Source: the human T2T-CHM13v2.0 reference genome, Homo sapiens
Length of the DNA: 64,000 nt
Assembly: GCF_009914755.1 (NCBI RefSeq)
Contig: NC_060927.1
Strand: one strand, 5' to 3'
Below are positions 59,276-64,000 of this stretch, piece after piece (the first letter of the stretch is position 1; every line of letters starts with the position of its first letter). The notes below the pieces were generated by a model that saw only the letters and a program-made list of their open reading frames with translations, was not told the DNA's origin and made no database searches. Position numbers and translations under genes: made by a program.

Positions 59276-60540
59276 TTCCCTGTGCCTGCCCTATTGCAGG
59301 CCAGCCATGCACCATGCAGGCAGCTGAAGCTGCTTTATGCCTTCTTCAGGAGCTCCTGGGCCTCAGCTCAAGCCTGCTGCACCCATTCTTTTGCATCCTG
59401 CACAGTGGCTACCAGGCCATATGTGTCCTCCTGCAGCTCGGCCACAGCCAAAGGGGCCACCTACAACTCCTAGGGCAGGGCTGGACCTGAATCCCCACCC
59501 CACCCAGAATATATTGCCTCAAATATATTACTGCCTAAGGTTCCTGGAGAAAAGGAGAATTTAGAACTGAGATCCCGCCTCAGTCCAGTATAGCCCAGCC
59601 CCAGCCCAAACCCCACTTTCCACTGTTCCAGAGGGGTCCCTGAGACCCCAGTGCCCACTCTTCCCCATTTCATCTTGCCCAGGCCCTCAGCCCTGCCTAC
59701 GACTCATGCTGCCCATTCTTCTGCCTCCTGGGCCTGCTGCTGACTCAGGACAAAACATGCCCTGAGCACCTTAGCTACACTGGACAGACGCCCTGGGACT
59801 GGGGTCACCTCAACTGCCAGTGCCATCTGGGCCAGGCGCCCTACTACCTGGGGCAAAGGTTAGGGGGTCACAGAGAGGACACAGCACAGTAGCAACTAGG
59901 CTGAGTGTTATCACGGTCAAGGTACTTGGTAGCACTGTGGTATCATAGTGAGTCAAGGATCTCAGGGAGAATGGAAATCACAGCAGTCATTGAACAAGGG
60001 ATGTAAAGGAGCTGAGGGTACAAGTAGGGTATCACCTCCTGTACAGTGCCCTCCAGGCCTTCAAGTGCCAGCTTCACTTCCTGTAGCCCTTGCTCTGCGG
60101 CCCCTGCATGAGTTCCATTCCCCCCTCAGCCAGCACCCCCTGAACATCCAGTGCTTGGTGCTGGGCCCAGGTTGTACCCTCCTTGAAGAACACAGGTGTT
60201 CAGTTAGGCATCCCTTTTCTGGCCACCCTCTGACTTCCACCTCCAGCCTCCTGGCCCTTCACCTGGTTCACTCTGCCTGATGGAGGATGCCTTCAGCTTT
60301 GGGCAGCTTCTGGCCCATGGCATCCGGTACAGGGAGAGCACCCTGGATCTGACCCAGCAGAAGAGCAATGCCTACTGCCCCCACCTTGGGGAAGGGGCAC
60401 TGACAGCCAGCTCCACACTTGTGGTGTCCACACCTTTGTCTGTGGGGAAGAGGGTAGGGATCTTAGGCCTGAACCCTGAACTCTGAGCCAACAAACCCTG
60501 ACCCTAGCCTCTCACTGATCCTGCCTTAGACACAACTATC

Positions 60541-61689
<1,149 letters not shown>

Positions 61690-62511
61690 TCATTCTGGAA
61701 GGAGTATCATGATAGTGTCCTGCATACCCTATTAACCCTGCCCTTGGCTGTGAACAGACATGCAACAAGCAGATATGTACCCATGAGGAAGCGCTGGATG
61801 ATCTGCACGGCTGCTTGCATGTGGGTCATGGCAGTCATGCCCCAAGGTCCCCTTTCCCAATACCATGTCTCCTGTGCCTGGATTCCTGTGGAGCTTGCTA
61901 TGGCCTGGATTTGCTGCAGCTGGTGGGCGTGGGTCAGATGTGGAATATGTTGCCTACAACACCATGTCCAAGCCATGGTTTCCTGTGACTCCCCCATGGC
62001 TCCCACCCACAGTCCCCCTGGCTGTGTACCTGTTGTTGATGCTGCTCCAAGGCTGTGACTCTATGTCCAGGCTATGGGAGGAGTTGTGGAAGGCAACAAG
62101 AGCCCACTGAACAGTGGGCAGGGTCCCAGGTTGGAGGGAGCAGCCTGTGCCTGCTACAGTACCCAATCTAGGACCTGCAGGTGTCCACCCTGGCCCCTAA
62201 CACCCCCACCAGGCATCCCCTAGCATAGGGTGGCCACCTCTTGGGCCACAGCTTCCAGCTGCAGTGGGAGCAGAGCCAGGAGTTGGTCTCAGAAGGTGAA
62301 GCAGGTGGGACAGGAGGTGCAGTGTGGGAAGGCACCTCTGGAGCCATGAGCACATGCCTGGCACCTCAGCCCTAAGATGCCCTCTCTGAAGAAGCAGGTG
62401 CCCATGTGTGAATCACAGCTGGGCAAGATGGAGCCCTGTGGGTCACAGGCACAGGCTGCAGAGGAGAGATAGGGTCAGGGTAGAGAGCAGATGACACTAG
62501 CTCTAGCCTTA

Positions 62512-63710
<1,199 letters not shown>

Positions 63711-64000
63711 ACTGAAGGATGAGAATGGCCCTGTGTAGGTGTGAGGGTGCACACCAACCCTTGCCTAAGCCACTGCTCAGAACTGCCATGGGCACTGGCA
63801 TTTACCCTGGACAGAGAGGCCATACTGCATGGCAGTATTTGGGCAGGAAAACAGCACAGGGTTCCAGGGGCTCTACAGCCCTGTCAGGGGTCAACCAGAG
63901 TCAAGGGCTGGCAGGCAGGGTGAGGAAAGAGCCACCTGATGTGTCCTCTCTATAGGCATCCCTCGCCTAGCCTTGCTGTTTCCCTTCAGCTGTTTTCACA

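Noticed and set aside
62174-62177. CAG|GTC as an acceptor for a fossil exon
   Set aside because: No polypyrimidine tract, and the exon-24-like frame continues through it.
63720-63930. Possible further laminin LE exon remnants (GKCQCP and PC..C-like fragments on the minus strand)
   Set aside because: No [15 protein letters not shown] or splice boundaries by eye; needs alignment to an intact ortholog.

Overview
Human (primate) genomic DNA, recognisable as the 3p21.31 gene cluster. Four tandem minus-strand genes: the 5' part of QRICH1 (exon 1, an optional 5'UTR exon, the first coding exon and an Alu-saturated intron); complete QARS1 (24 exons, 775 aa, with the mirtron MIR6890); complete USP19 (alternative transmembrane or MEEVD last exons); and complete LAMB2 (32 coding exons, 1798 aa). 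QARS1 and LAMB2 exon boundaries were read by hand and sum to the expected CDS lengths. The most notable unexplained signal is at 58.9-62.5 kb: seven decayed exon remnants with GT/AG-type boundaries from the 3' half of a second, highly diverged laminin beta-chain gene. It keeps an intron that LAMB2 lacks, so it looks like a fossil ancient paralog rather than a recent copy. Other findings: an unidentified coding fossil between QARS1 and USP19, an ATF4-like uORF switch on a QRICH1 cassette exon, an Alu-exonised and possibly AUA-initiated USP19 N-terminus, a polyadenylated 28S rRNA retrocopy and a 7SL retrocopy. Repeat boundaries are approximate.
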